A program made the translations under genes and the position numbers. The notes beneath the pieces are model-generated. The model was not told where the DNA came from, made no database searches, and was given only the letters and a program-made list of their open reading frames with translations. Positions 23,002-35,559 of a stretch of DNA of 64,000 nucleotides are shown piece by piece; position 1 is the stretch's first letter; each line of letters opens with the position of its first letter. The DNA comes from Podarcis vaucheri. Its lineage: Eukaryota. The stretch lies in assembly GCA_965113315.1 (NCBI GenBank), contig OZ220366.1, one strand, 5' to 3'.

Positions 23002-24001
23002 GTCTTGTTGAACATTCATATATCAGTTCATGCCTTCATCTATTTCCTACATGAAGCCAGTCACTCCATCTTTCTGTATAGCAAAGCCAACCCTGACTGT
23101 TTGAAAGTCCCCCTCTGGTCATTTGGCTTATCAGCCATGACTCTTGTAACCTTTTGTACAGGGGCAAATGAGTAGCCATACAGAGGTGGGGAACCCCTGG
23201 TCCATGGGCCAATGAGTCCCACCAGGTGTTCCCATTTGAGCCTTGAGCCCATGTGGGTGAAGCTACACCCACCTGCACTCCTCCTGATGTCATCAGCTGA
23301 TTGTCAGATCTTCAGAAGCCCCGTTCAATGGGTTGAGAAAAATTGGGCAAAAAAAGGTCATCTGAATTCTTAATGGTGTCAGATGATATCATTATCACCT
23401 GATGAGGAGGGGGGAGATAACAATCTGACTTGCTGATCTAGAAGGGTTTGTAGCCCAAAGGAACTTGCAGAATTTGACCCATTAATATCAACAGATTTTA
23501 CTTTTAAGTAGACATGTATTGGATTGTGCTGAAAGACGGTAATGGAATGGATCCCCTAGGAATCATCCACCAGCACAATTCAGGCCACCTGCCTTTTGGC
23601 CACCTGCCTTTGGAAGCAGTTGAAATCAGTGGTCAGTAACTAGGTTGTCCAGGGAGCCAAACACTGGTCCCTTCCCACTGCTGCTACCCTGCTTTTTGTG
23701 CACTGTAAAAAAATATGCCATCCAATTGTGTTTTTCCAAATTTATGGCATGGTTCCCCCTCCACCCCTTCTAGGAACAGGGTCACAGCTGTAGAATAAAC
23801 TAGTATCAGCTATTAAATAGTTTTATAAAAAATGAAAGTAATTTAAATTGGTGACTTACGTTTTTGTCCTTTGCCCCCACGGCCTCCTCGGCCACCTCTA
23901 CCACCACGGCCACCTCCACCACGGCCACCCCTGGCATCTGCGAAACTGGCGAATCCTAAGACCAGGACAATGGCCAGGAGCCAGAACCACTTGAAGTTCA
24001 T
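20736..24001 (-). CDS. Cationic RGG-repeat single-domain trefoil peptide, copy 2 (91 aa precursor, 3 exons)
   Basis: Exons 24001-23860, 22117-21992 and 20743-20736, GT-AG phase 1, 276 nt. Protein MNFKWFWLLAIVLVLGFASFADA|RGGRGGGGRGGRGGRGGRGGKGQKRNCNVPPSRRRDCGYPGIPRSTCLKRNCCFSNAIKNSKWCFYPN*. ATTAAA at 20415-20420. Confidence 0.88.
21012..21666 (+). mobile_element. Probable ERV solo LTR in intron 2 of trefoil copy 2
   Basis: Absent from the paralogous site (~6911); CATCAT TSD at 21006-21011 and 21667-21672; ends CCTACA; two CCAAT boxes, AATAAA near 21581 and an internal ~80-bp direct repeat. The 5' end reads TA rather than TG. Confidence 0.7.
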
Positions 24002-24585
24002 TTTTATCTGAAATGTTCACCAAATCTTCAAACCTGTTGAAAGATTCCAGATGAAAGTTGTGACCCAGTAGAGTTTTAATATACTTCCTTTTCAATGAAG
24101 AAAGGTATAACAAATGGAGGCTTTCAGGCTGCGATGGTAAATCATGAGTTCAGAATAGGTGACACTTAACATTTATATTATAACACTTTCTAGCGTCCAA
24201 AGCACTTCGCATGCATTCTGTAGCTGTTATCATGGCATCAATCCTCTAAAACAAACTATTATCTCTGACATTGCAGGGAAAACAGGTAGAAGGAGAAGGA
24301 AACAGGTAGAAATCCAAGATAAATGTTTCTGAAAAGGAAGATCAACTGTGATATTAAAATTTATCAACAGGCACAAAAATGTAAGTACCTGAATCTTATC
24401 TGCACAGATATCAAAGCAAGTGTGACATATTTAGAAAGCTCCCTGCTTGATTCAAGACAGTTGAGATCTGAATAACCTGGCTCTAGGAGGCTCTTTCTGC
24501 AGACCAAAGTTCACTGCAAAACTGGCTCACGGAAATCAAAATATTGCAACAACATTCATGTGCATATGTATACACACACACACCA

Positions 24586-26230
24586 TACTATACTAGCTAC
24601 TATGGATGTGGAATCTCTGTATACCAACATCCCACACAACGATGGTTTACAAGCTATAAGGAACACCATTTCAGATAAAACCACAGCGGACCTTGCCACC
24701 AAACTCTGCCAATTTGTCCTTACCCACAACAACTTCAAATTTGGTGATGACCTGTTCCTTCAGATCAGCGGCACAGCAATGGGCACCCGCATGGCCCCAC
24801 AGTATGACAACATCTTCATGGCAGATTTAGAACAACATTTCCTGAACTCCTACCTACTCAAACCTCTCTTGTACCTGCGATACATTGATGATATTTTTAT
24901 CATCTGGACACATGGTCAACAGACCCTGGACACCTTTCACCAGAAATTTAATGATTTTCACCCCACAATCAACCTTACAATGAATCAATCTATGCAAGAA
25001 ATACATTTTTTGGACACTACTATAAAAATACAGGATGGGCGCATAGACACCACCTTATACCACAAACCAACTGACCGACAAACATATCTACATGCCTCTA
25101 GCTACCATCCCAAACATACCAAACAGTCCATTGTATATAGCCAGGCACTACGTTACAGCCGCATCTGTTCCAATTCTACAGACAGAGACTCTCACCTAAG
25201 AGATCTACAGCAAACCTTCTCAGAACTAAAATACCCAGCAGATGAAGTTAGACAACAGATCAACAGAGCCAGACTGATACCCAGAGAGAACTTGCTGCAA
25301 GACAGACCCAAAAAAGAAAATAACAGAACACCTCTAGTCATCACATACAGCTCCCAAGTTAAAACAGTACAACGCATCATCAGAGATCTACAACCTCTCC
25401 TGGACAATGACAGTTCTCTTTCTCAAGCTCTGGGAGGAAGACCTTTCATTGCCTACAGACAGCCACCCAATCTTAAACAACTCCTAACCCACAATAATAC
25501 TACAACCAGACTTAACACAGACACTGGCACCAGAACCTGCAATAAACCCAGATGCCAACTTTGCTGCCACATACACCCGGACAACACCATTACTGGCCCC
25601 AACAACATCACACATACCATCTCGGGACTATTTAATTGCTCATCGTCTAACATTGTGTATGCCATCAAATGCCAACAGTGTCCTTCAGCTCTCTATATTG
25701 GACAAACAGGCCAAACCTTACGCCAAAGAATAAACGGACATAAATCTGACATCAAGAATCACAAAACAGAGAAACCAGTAGGAGAACACTTCAATCTCCC
25801 AGGACATTCTATACAAGATCTCAAAGTAGCTGTTTTACTACAAAGGAATTTCAGAAATAGACTGGAAAGAGAAGCTGCTGAATTACAACTCATTACCAAA
25901 CTTAAAACCATGGAAAGACCTGGGCTGAACAAAGACATTGGATTCTTATCTCACTATACATGACTAAACCATTTCTCACCTTTTCATCCCTTGCCTTTTC
26001 CTGTAAGACCTATTACAGTCGTTAAGAGTCGTCAACAGGCTCTCTCAGCTATCTGCCTATCTCCCATTCCCACCACCCTTCTGAGTAACACCCCTCCCCA
26101 CCTTCTCACAATATAGAAGGATCTGGCAACTTCTGTTTCTGTGTATCTGAAGAAGTGTGCATGCACACGAAAGCTCATACCAAGAACTAACTTAGTTGGT
26201 CTTTAAGGTGCTACTGGAAGGAATTTTTTT
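24586..26230 (+). mobile_element. 5'-truncated Penelope-like element (Neptune-type)
   Basis: Open frame to 25963 with RT motifs (DVESLYTNIP, GTAMG, YIDD), a Cys-rich linker (CNKPRCQLC) and a GIY-YIG endonuclease (IVY...YIG...GLN); ~12-bp TSD ACACACACACCA at 24574-24585 and 26231-26242. Confidence 0.92.
26143..26180 (+). ncRNA. Minimal hammerhead ribozyme in the Penelope 3' repeat
   Basis: GTAT-CTGAAGA-a-GTGTGCATGCACAC-GAAA-GCTC-ATAC: CUGANGA and GAAA cores, palindromic stem II, GTAT/ATAC stem I, vestigial palindromic stem III. Confidence 0.75.
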
Positions 26231-28213
26231 ACACACACACCAGTTAAAGATGGATGAATGTGTCAATTTCAGTGTCTCTCAATTTCTCATGTTTACAATC
26301 TCAGATTCAGTTTGCTCTACTGCAGTATCAGCTTTGAATATTTTATTTCAGTTTGTGTGAAAATTCATTAGCATTTCTCCTAACAGACTTTTTTTTTGGT
26401 ATGCCTCGCATACACATTTTTGCAGACAATATTCCCTAACACTGCATTTTAGTTTGCTATTTTTACCAATATTTGCATCTTTATGCCCCTTTTGTGTATA
26501 TTCTGTACACCTTCTTTTGGTAGAGGAACCATTCCACAATATTCATAGTAATTTAAAAGGAAAGGCACATTTCAGTTTCTGTATTGTTTTGAGGGGTGGT
26601 AAATTGATAAAACTTGCATTAAAATGAAAATCAAACCAAATCCCTTGCCCCCGCAATCCCTAGATCCACTTGACTTACCGTACCTGAATGAGTTGTTGAA
26701 CAGCTCAATGACAAGCAGCAGTTGAACCAGCTATAAATAGTTGGACCAATCCCAACTGCTTCCAGTCCCAAGAGGCAAGAACCGGATGTTGAACTGGGGA
26801 AGGAATGCAAGTAAAAAGACTTCTGTGGCAACCTTTCCATTGATTTCGTAACCTTCTGTGTCAAAAATCCACCTGTTCTGTGGTTACAAGGACATTTCTT
26901 ACCTAAATGAGACTTAGGACATTTTAACTGACCACTGCTTTCTTTACCTGCAACTTCCTCATGCAAGGAAGAACACGACTTTAGCAGATGCATTGGCCTA
27001 GCTATTCTCCACATTTGAGCTAGTTTTAAAAGGAAGTAGCTCTACAACATCAGTGTTTTAATACCTACTTGAGAAGGCTTTTGATGCTGTTGGGCCAAGG
27101 TTTATATTTTAGACTGGGAATTTCTTTAAAGTCTAGAATATTTTCTCTAGTTGCTACAAGTAACAGAATGCATGTATGTATTTATTATATTTATTAGTTG
27201 CTTTGCATGTCAAAGTGCCTCAGGGTGATCTACATAACATAAATAAGAAATAACAGTGAACATTAAACCCAAATATAGAAACAGCCATAACACAAACCTC
27301 AAGACCTCATCCATATGGAACAAATCCTACCCACCTCACTTAGAAAAAGGGCCACAGACATAACTAATCAAGAACCCAATATGGTACTTGACAGTCTATA
27401 ATTCATCCATCTACTTTGATATGTCACTGAAGATTTTTTTTCCCCCTATTACTGTTTCGTGGTTCACTCTGTTTTTGTGGTAATGGTTTGGTTTCATAGA
27501 AGGTATAGTTCATGTAAAGTAAGGAGGGGGTTGAGGAAGCAATATCAGTGGATTCTATTTCAGACAAGTTTGAAACTCTGTAATGGAGATGTGCTCCTTC
27601 TGGGCCTCAGGACAATGGGAATAGGAACATGTCCTCTTGTCTGATTATAACTGTTTCTTATTTAATTTTTTTCCTCCCAAATGAGAAAAAGCAGCTTCTA
27701 TCGCAAGGGGAGTACTTAACCAATTAATACCCAACATAGAGCAACTGACTCACACATATGCCGAAGACCAGTAAGTAGCAAACTTCCCTGTTGTATGCAG
27801 AACCTTTGTATTCCAGCTACAGAGGGGGGTGGGCTAGATGACTGTCAGAGTCCCCTTCAACTCTGCAATGCTATGATTCCAGAAATAAAGTGATGCTTCA
27901 AGCAGCCTAATGCTTTAAAAAGAGGCAGATGTTGGCTGCATTAATATATACAGAAAAAAGTCCCACAAAATCAATAATTAAAGTTTATTATAACCTTTTA
28001 TTGCTTTGAAAAGATGCCAAGCACTAATATTGTGAGCAGTGGGAGACAAAATATGTGATTAATTGTGTTATTGTGGGAATGCAAAGGCAAAGCAAAGTGT
28101 CGTGGAAGTCAGAATTACAAGAGCACAATGTGCATGATGACATGTTGTCCTTTTTGAATTGTTCCATTAGCAGAGATGCTCCTTGTGCAAATGTCCATTT
28201 CTGAAGCTTTGTT

Positions 28214-29299
28214 TTAACATTCTGAAAAGGCAATAAAAACAAAAAGTATAAGAACTGGGGTAGTTTAGCTCTCCCTTGTCCACCTCCATCAAATCAAGTG
28301 ACAGCAGGAGTAATGTCCCTAGTAGCTGTCTTTAATATTCTGCCCCGCCAAAAAATATGTTGTGCTCAGTTACACATGCTTATACGGACCATGGGCCTAA
28401 TCATTTGCTCCCCTCATGCAAGAGAGGAAGCAGGGGCACTCTGCCTGACCACACTTGTCACATTCCTGCTGGTCTATTGCTGCACCCCTCCATGTGTTTG
28501 GGCTGACCCTTTGCAGCAGACAGCCTGCTTGACTTGTGTGGGCTTCCTGTGTGGTGTAGAATCTTAGAGGATCAGGGTTCTAGATCATTTAAAATTGCTG
28601 TACAAGTACAAAGCCTCCCTGCTGAAGACGTCCAGCTCAAATGCACGGAAGGCTGCAGGGATAAGCCATCCGTAAGCAACAATGGGTGGGACCAACAAGA
28701 CTGTCCCTCTCCTCACCCCAGGATTAGAATTACTGCCCTCCCTGCTCATACTAATGGACTTGCATGAGGGATAGTAACCAAATTTGGGGAAGGGTGTATG
28801 CAGTTATTCTAAAGCTTTTCGCATCAGATTTCTTTCCATTTGCACTTGACCTGTGCTACAGATTGCTTGCATGCTCACGCTGAAAGGCATTTACTATTGA
28901 CTGGTAGTATAGTCTCTTGAAGATATAATGTGCAACAAAATACAAGGAGTAGCATGTGCCTCAGTACAAAATTTTGTTCCATTTGTGCAAAGGGGGAAAA
29001 TATGTTTGTTACTTTACCTTCTGCTACCTCAACATGGAAGAAACACCATGGAACTGCGGGAGGACGGGACTCAAAACAGCATCCTCTCTCTTCACATGCA
29101 GCAGCAGAGATTCCTGGGTATCCACAATTCTTCCTGACTTTCACCTCTGAAGGACATACCTTTTTATCTGTTTTGAATAGTTACCTGAAGATTAGCGGAT
29201 CAAAGTCACAGTGTTGCTCGTAGTCTTTGTCTAGCTGGTGCTGCTTTTGCCCTTGCTTTTCTGTTTTATTTGAGCTCAAGATACATGAACTATTTTGTG

Positions 29300-29335
<36 letters not shown>

Positions 29336-29936
29336 GTCCAGTGGCACCTTAGAGACCAACTAAGTTTGTTCTTGGTATAAGCTTTCGTGTACATGCACAT
29401 GAAAGCTTATACCAAGAACAAACTTAGTTGGTCTCTAAGGTTTTTTTATTTTTTTATATATTTCAACTGCGTCAGACCAACATGGCTACCTACCTGTATT
29501 TTGTGATTATTTCCTCTATGTGGGCTGTCATTAGTTTCATCTTACATGCCTGAACCAATTCGTGCACAAACTGGGATGAGCTTAGATACTAATCAACTAA
29601 TCAACTCACATTTCTAGCAAAGCATAACAAAGGCTGAGGAAAGAAATATAATCCCTGTGGACAAATTGAATAGCACTGGATTGTATCTGATTAAATCATA
29701 CTCAGAGTAAAACCATTGATTCCAAAAAGGTCTTCTCTTAGTATGACTTGGTTGGGAACAGCCCAACATCTGCTTGTACTTATATAACCACATTATCCTT
29801 AAGCAGCTGTGGGAATAGGCTATCTGGTGTACTGTACACAGCTTAGGTATTTTATTAATCCTTCATACCTAAAGGTTCATCATAAACAAAAATGGTGTGC
29901 TTGCTATCTAGCTACCTACCTACCTACCTATATATC

Positions 29937-29975
<39 letters not shown>

Positions 29976-32775
29976 ATCTATCTACTTTCTCTCAGGTTCT
30001 GGCATGAAGTCTAACATCAGGTAGGGTTCCAGTGACTGAGAAACAGTGGTTTTTCATATTTCCTCGGACAGTTTCTATGTTTGCCTATAAGACAAGACTA
30101 ACTGAATGCCTGATAGAAGAATTCCATCCCTCTGACCTGTGTATCATTTTTAGTATCTCAGAAAAGCCAGGTATGCTTCAGAAAAATACATTACATTTGG
30201 GGGGGCTTGGAGCAAAGCACCAGGGCACTCCTGCAACTTCAGAACTGAAGCAGCACCCAGCATCCCGGCATTGCTGGGGAGTGATTCCAGGAGGTCCACA
30301 GTTAACTCTTGCTTTGGGATCAACGTGACATCGGCATTCCGCTGTTGAGAACAGAAATCATGGTTAGCTCTTTTCTTGTAAGAACATGGTAGCCTCTGGC
30401 AGGTCTCATTGACCTTTCAATGGGAGCTTCCTTCTGTTCAGATATTTGCCTAAATGTAGCCCTCAGTTGAACACCCAATGGCTAAAAGAGGGGAGGGGCA
30501 CAGGTATGCATGCAAACCCCAGCCCTCTGAGCGCTGGATTGAGCAGGAAAGTCTCTGGAGCTGAGCTGGCCTTTGTGAGGACAAGACTCCCCCCCCCCGC
30601 CCCAATTTTCAGTCCATGCAGGTTCAGGCTCAGTGGCTAAGAGGGCTCATAGAATCATAGAATCATAGAATCATAGAGTTGGAAGAGACCACAAGGGCCA
30701 TCGAGTCCAACCCCCTGCCAAGCAGGAAACACCATCAGAGCACTCCTGACATATGGTTGTCAAGCCTCTGCTTAAAGACCTCCAAAATAGGAGACTCCAC
30801 CACACTCCTTGGCAGCAAATTCCACTGTCGAACAGCTCTTACTGTCAGGAAGTTCTTCCTAATGTTTAGGTGGAATCTTCTTTCTTGTAGTTTGGATCCA
30901 TTGCTCTGTGTCCGCTTCTCTGGAGCAGCAGAAAACAACCTTTCTCCCTCCTCTATGTGACATCCTTTTATATATTTGAACATGGCTATCATATCACCCC
31001 TTAACCTCCTCTTCTCCAGGCTAAACATGCCCAGCTCCCTTAGCCGTTCCTCATAAGGCATCGTTTCCAGGCCTTTGACCATTTTGGTTGCCCTCCTCTG
31101 GACACGTTCCAGTTTGTCAGTGTCCTTCTTGAATTGTGGTGCCCAGAACTGGACACAGTACTCCAGGTGTGGTCTGACCAGAGCAGAATACAGTGGCACT
31201 ATTACTTCCCTTGATCTAGATGCTATACTCCTATTGATGCAGCCCAGAATTGCATTGGCTTTTTTAGCTGCCGTGTCACACTGTTGGCTCATGTCAAGTT
31301 TGTGGTCAACCAAGACTCCTAGATCCTTTTCACATGTACTGCTCTCAAGCAAGGTGTCCCCCATCTTGTATTTGTGCCTCTCATTTTTTTTGCCCAAGTG
31401 CAATACTTTACATTTCTCCCTGTTAAAATTCATCTTGCTCATGAATTTCCTATCTAATAAAAATGCAAATCCTTTGTTTAGATCCCTCTGATAGTAAAGA
31501 TGCCAGGGGTTAAGCCTGTTGAAATCATACAACATGTTTCCAGTAATATTAGAACACGTTATTATTTTTATTTTTATTATTTATTATATTTCTATATTGC
31601 CATATACACACAGGTCTCAGGGTGGTTCACAACATAAAATCACAATCTGAAACAGCAAAATACATTTTTTGCTGCATTCCCAGCAGCCCTGTAAGTAAAG
31701 TTTTTAAAAACAAAAACAACCCAATAATCACCCCCTCCCCAACACATTTTAAAAGGGCACCTTTGTGAACTTGTTTGTGATAGGTAATTTCCCTGCAGGT
31801 AATTCCTGTGGGATTTGGGGTTATATTTTATCCCTCTCCCTTAGGTACCAAATCATTAGCAGCACCTGTACGGGACAGCTCTTGTACCTTTGGCAATACC
31901 CCTCTAAGGAGGCAAATTGCTAGGTATTTAAAAGATTCTGAATGCAGGTTCATGATGTACATTTGCATTATGTACATATCCTAATGTATATGTAGAGATG
32001 CAATTTTAGATCTATGAGAAAATGAAGGTGCTAGATGACTTAGGTCTCACTGGCAATATGCTTTTGTTGCATTCCCAGCAGCCCTGTAAATAAAGTTTTT
32101 AAAAAGTTTTTTAAAAAAGGCACAGGAGATCTAAGACAGTGAAAACAGCTCAGGGCCTAGTTCCCCCTGGGCCACCCCTAAGAACACCACTGCCCTTAAC
32201 CCCTGCTTTTGGAACGCTGTTGTAAGTGGGCATCATTTTGTTACCCTTAGGGGAGCTAAGGCTTGTGGATTTCACTAATGGTCTGCAACCTTTCCGTCCT
32301 GCAATTTGAGCTCTCGGACGTGGCTGGTTCGACTTTCCAAGTGACTTGGCTTAGCTTCAATTGTAAAGGTCATCGCTGATATCACTGAAATGAATTGAAA
32401 TTTTTCTATTGCCCACGCAGCGGAATGTAACCCTTTACTTCCTTATGGGACAGGGGGAGAAACCTTCCATATTTTATAGCTGTTACCCAGTTTGATGTGC
32501 ACTCTTACAAAATATATCTAATTGATTAAGGGACTTTGTTGTGCTTCTCTTAATGTTGGTAAGAAGTTGGCCTTAAAGTTTCTCAACAGCAGGGGCAAGT
32601 TCATCCAATTCCGAATATTGGCAACATATGCCTTCATTCCATTAATGCACTATAAGGAAGGATAATCTAAACAGCTCTTAAGGTACTTACGTGGAGCTTT
32701 CTTATCATCGGCCAATGCACCAAGTCCTAACATTAAAATGAGTGAAAGTATCCAGACCCCCTTCTGCTCCATCAT
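28214..32775 (-). CDS. TFF2: Trefoil factor 2 (two trefoil domains, 129 aa, 4 exons)
   Basis: Exons 32775-32691, 30341-30195, 29167-29018 and 28221-28214, GT-AG phase 1, 390 nt. [129 protein letters not shown]. Has the N-terminal CxC and C-terminal Cys typical of TFF2; AATAAA at 27997-28002; synteny with TMPRSS3. Confidence 0.9.
29303..29496. mobile_element. Short non-autonomous Penelope-derived palindromic insertion in TFF2 intron 2
   Basis: 12-bp TSD TATTTTGTGATT at 29291-29302 and 29497-29508; perfect 41-bp inverted arms 29346-29386 and 29401-29441, homologous to 26169-26209. Confidence 0.8.
30647..31440 (-). mobile_element. CR1 LINE 3' fragment in TFF2 intron 1
   Basis: (ATTCTATG)n tail; ORF2 C-terminus [12 protein letters not shown]...[15 protein letters not shown]...RRLRGD. 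Confidence 0.92.
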
Positions 32776-32843
32776 AGCTTCCAGCTCTTGGTAAGCAAGC
32801 TTTAAAATCAAGGCAAGTACCTCACAGTCCCTATGGGCCTTAT

Positions 32844-32866
32844 TTTATACCGCAATTAATGTTTGT
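32844..32866 (-). promoter_or_regulatory. TFF2 TATA box with adjacent forkhead (FOXA-type) motif
   Basis: TATAAA at 32844-32849; TGTTTGT at 32860-32866. Confidence 0.6.
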
Positions 32867-33824
32867 GTTCAACAGTCAGATAACAAGTTTCTAGCCATGC
32901 TCCACCTCAAGTATCTCTCTTCATTTGATTAGAAAATGTATCTAAGGGGTTTTGCATATGTGTGTGTGTGCATGTGAGTGTGTGTTTGGCAACATATGAG
33001 GTGGTGCTACCTGGGTGGTAAGAATCAAATGAAAGTAGATAAACGATATTGGTCAGGCACTGTTGATTACCTCAGAGGAGACATTAGTCAGCATTCCAAA
33101 CATCTGAGCAGCTTCACATGGCAACCATTTTAGAAAGCTAAATAGACATGCATAAAAGGAAGTGTTGCTTTTTAGCCATACCTGTAGTTTGTATTTCTGC
33201 ACCAGATTTAGACCAGTACAAATAGCAATATTCAGCCCTAAATCAAAATTCATATGATTTTTTTGTGATCAAGGCAATTCTTTGGGACTTGCCCATGAAA
33301 TTATCCAGGTTTTCATATTATTATTTTTAAAAAATAATAAAGATGCTAGAATAATGTTTAACATTATGAAAAAATCAGAATATGATTTTAAGTTTCAGAA
33401 TTTTGACCCTCGTCAAACTTTTTTCTTTCTTTACTCAAGTTCTATCTTTTGTTGATTCATTTTAAGGCAATAGGGTAAAGTGCCAACTTGCTAAACATTT
33501 CTCTTCATTCGCTTCTTTGTTTGCTCCTGAATGTTCACTCTGCTGTGTAGTTCCATTGCTCCTGAATTCCAGTTTAATTAGAGAATTTCTGAAATTGGTT
33601 CTAGAACTGGAACACAAACAGTTTGCTGCGGCTATCTATTCCTTCAATTTGTTTACATTCTTACTGATGCACATGTATGCTTTGGTTATGTGCTGCAAAA
33701 AAACTGCAGTCTGGATGTGATCATGCGCAGAACTGCACAAGAATTCTTTTTATCCCAATTGTGGGGTTTTTTTTGCAGATGCCCAAATGCACTCTGTCTC
33801 CTACACATTAAAGGTAGAAACAGA

Positions 33825-33880
<56 letters not shown>
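33825..33880. repeat. (AAT)n microsatellite
   Basis: Seen directly. Others: (TAT)n ~22960-23000, (CTAT)n ~29940-29980, (GGAA)n ~37362-37427, (ATTT)n(GCTT)n ~53794-53885, (GAT)n ~54747-54770. Confidence 0.95.
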
Positions 33881-33882
<2 letters not shown>

Positions 33883-35559
33883 TTTATTTATATCCCTCCG
33901 TCCCCAGCTGAAGCCGGGCTCAGGGTGGCTAACAACAATAAAACAGTACAAAAGTACAGCATAAACAACATTCTAAAATCATTCATTATAAAATTAATTA
34001 ATTTTAAATTAATTAATTAAAATTAATTAATTTTAGAAAGAAGGAAGGAATGAAGGTTGTGGTTGTGGGGGTGAATCAAAGGGACTAAAGGGCACAGCAG
34101 AAGCCCCAGGCACTTCCCTTGTTCCTTCTCCCAGTCTGTCTGTCCTTTCTCCTTCCCATTCTTTCACTTCCTTCTCTCATACTGGCACAACCACTCTGTC
34201 TGTCTGTCTGTCTGCCTCGGGAGTCGAACAGAATCCGTTCCAGAAATCCGTTCAACTTCCAAAACGTTTGGAACCCAAGGCATGGCTTCCTATTGGCTGC
34301 AGGAAGCTCCTGCAGCCAATCGGAAGATATGGGACCCGCGTTGGACATTCGGGTTCCAAAAGAACATTCACAAACCGGAACACTCACTTCCGGGTTTGCA
34401 GTGTTTGGGAGCCAAATGTTTGAGAACTAAGCTGTTCGAAAACCAAGGTACAACTGTATTTCATCTCTTTCCATTTCCTTTCTCCCCCTCTGACCCTGGC
34501 TATTGCCTCACTCTCTAACCAACCTCTGCTCCCATGTTCTGCATACATTGGGATTTTCCAGGCTCAGTCCATCCAAAAAGCTATATGACTGCAGCTGGGG
34601 ATAGGCTGTACCACCAATGCCCCCCCCCCAGTCAGACTGAAACCCCCATGTGACTTCTGGGACTGCAGCCCGTAGTTTGAGAAACACTGCAGTATAAAAT
34701 ATATTTCAATGGAAAAAATGAAGATCTTTGCTCCTCGACTGGCAACAGGGCAGAAAATATCTGTGATTTGTGTCATAGCTCTGATACACTATCAGTGGAG
34801 GTCACTGCTGTAGTCAATTGTTAACTATTCCTCTTATCTTTGAGTTGGCACTTTGTATGCCTACACACCCCTTAGCATGTGAGGACTGCACAACGGAGGT
34901 CACTGGATTTTGTAACTGTATATGTAAATACAAGTCTGGTGCCTCCAACAAACAGTTTAATCTGATATGGGCTTTGATACGTTGTTTGAAACAGCAGCAA
35001 CATAGAGTTGGTAACTCCTTACAAAAGTGATTATCTTTGTTACAACAGCTCCATTACCTTTTTTTTCAACACTGTTTCAGTTAGAAAACAAGAGTTTGGG
35101 GAGGATATCCTCCTTAGAGCTGGTTTTCAGGCATAACGAGAAAGCTCAGTGTGCCATCTCTTTCCCTTTATGATTCCCTCTCCTTTCTTTTTTTTATGGG
35201 GGACATATGTAGAAGGTGCTCTGTCCTCTAACTTTCAGGCTTCCTTTCAATGTAGTAATGATATCTATGACCAATATCTTGCTATCTGAGTGGCTTTGGA
35301 CATCGGAGAAGAAGTGTTGTTAGCTAGATGTGCCTTTCAGCTGACAGCATGCAGCACTTCTTGAAACAGTTGAAGGGGAACTTGCACAGGGAAAGTTGTG
35401 CAAGAATTAGCTTCATCTGTCTACAGCCCATGACATTTCCCCTGGACAACTTCTCCTTCAGATGTATGCGAGGATCATTGAGAGTTGGATGTCAAAATGT
35501 CTTCATTGGTGGCACTGCTGAAGGTTACCTTCAGAAGGAATAGCTATTTCAGATGGCAA

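Larger units (their letters stand above)
1..27800. repeat. Tandem segmental duplication carrying the cationic trefoil genes
   Basis: 1-330 matches 16002-16325 and, more weakly, 26770-27040; 395-770 matches 27415-27800; 4840-9390 matches 19240-24585; 15397-15870 matches 26246-26720. Confidence 0.92.

Noticed and set aside
23898-24113. Listed 71-aa ORF ending WPWWRWPWW
   Set aside because: Alternative frame over exon 1 of copy 2; the frame with a signal peptide and a phase-compatible donor is the RGG frame.
24560-25963. 467-aa ORF as a host gene or complete Penelope protein
   Set aside because: The first residues come from the flanking CA tract and the RT begins mid-domain, so it is a 5'-truncated element.
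1-27800. Duplication as a haplotype or assembly artefact
   Set aside because: Copies differ by roughly 5-18% over most of their length and carry different TE insertions with TSDs.
30735-31535. 266-aa minus-strand ORF
   Set aside because: CR1 ORF2 C-terminal fragment fused by chance to intron sequence.
34960-35020. CCF-like codons on the minus strand as another trefoil exon
   Set aside because: No upstream CG motif, no WCF and no suitable splice sites.
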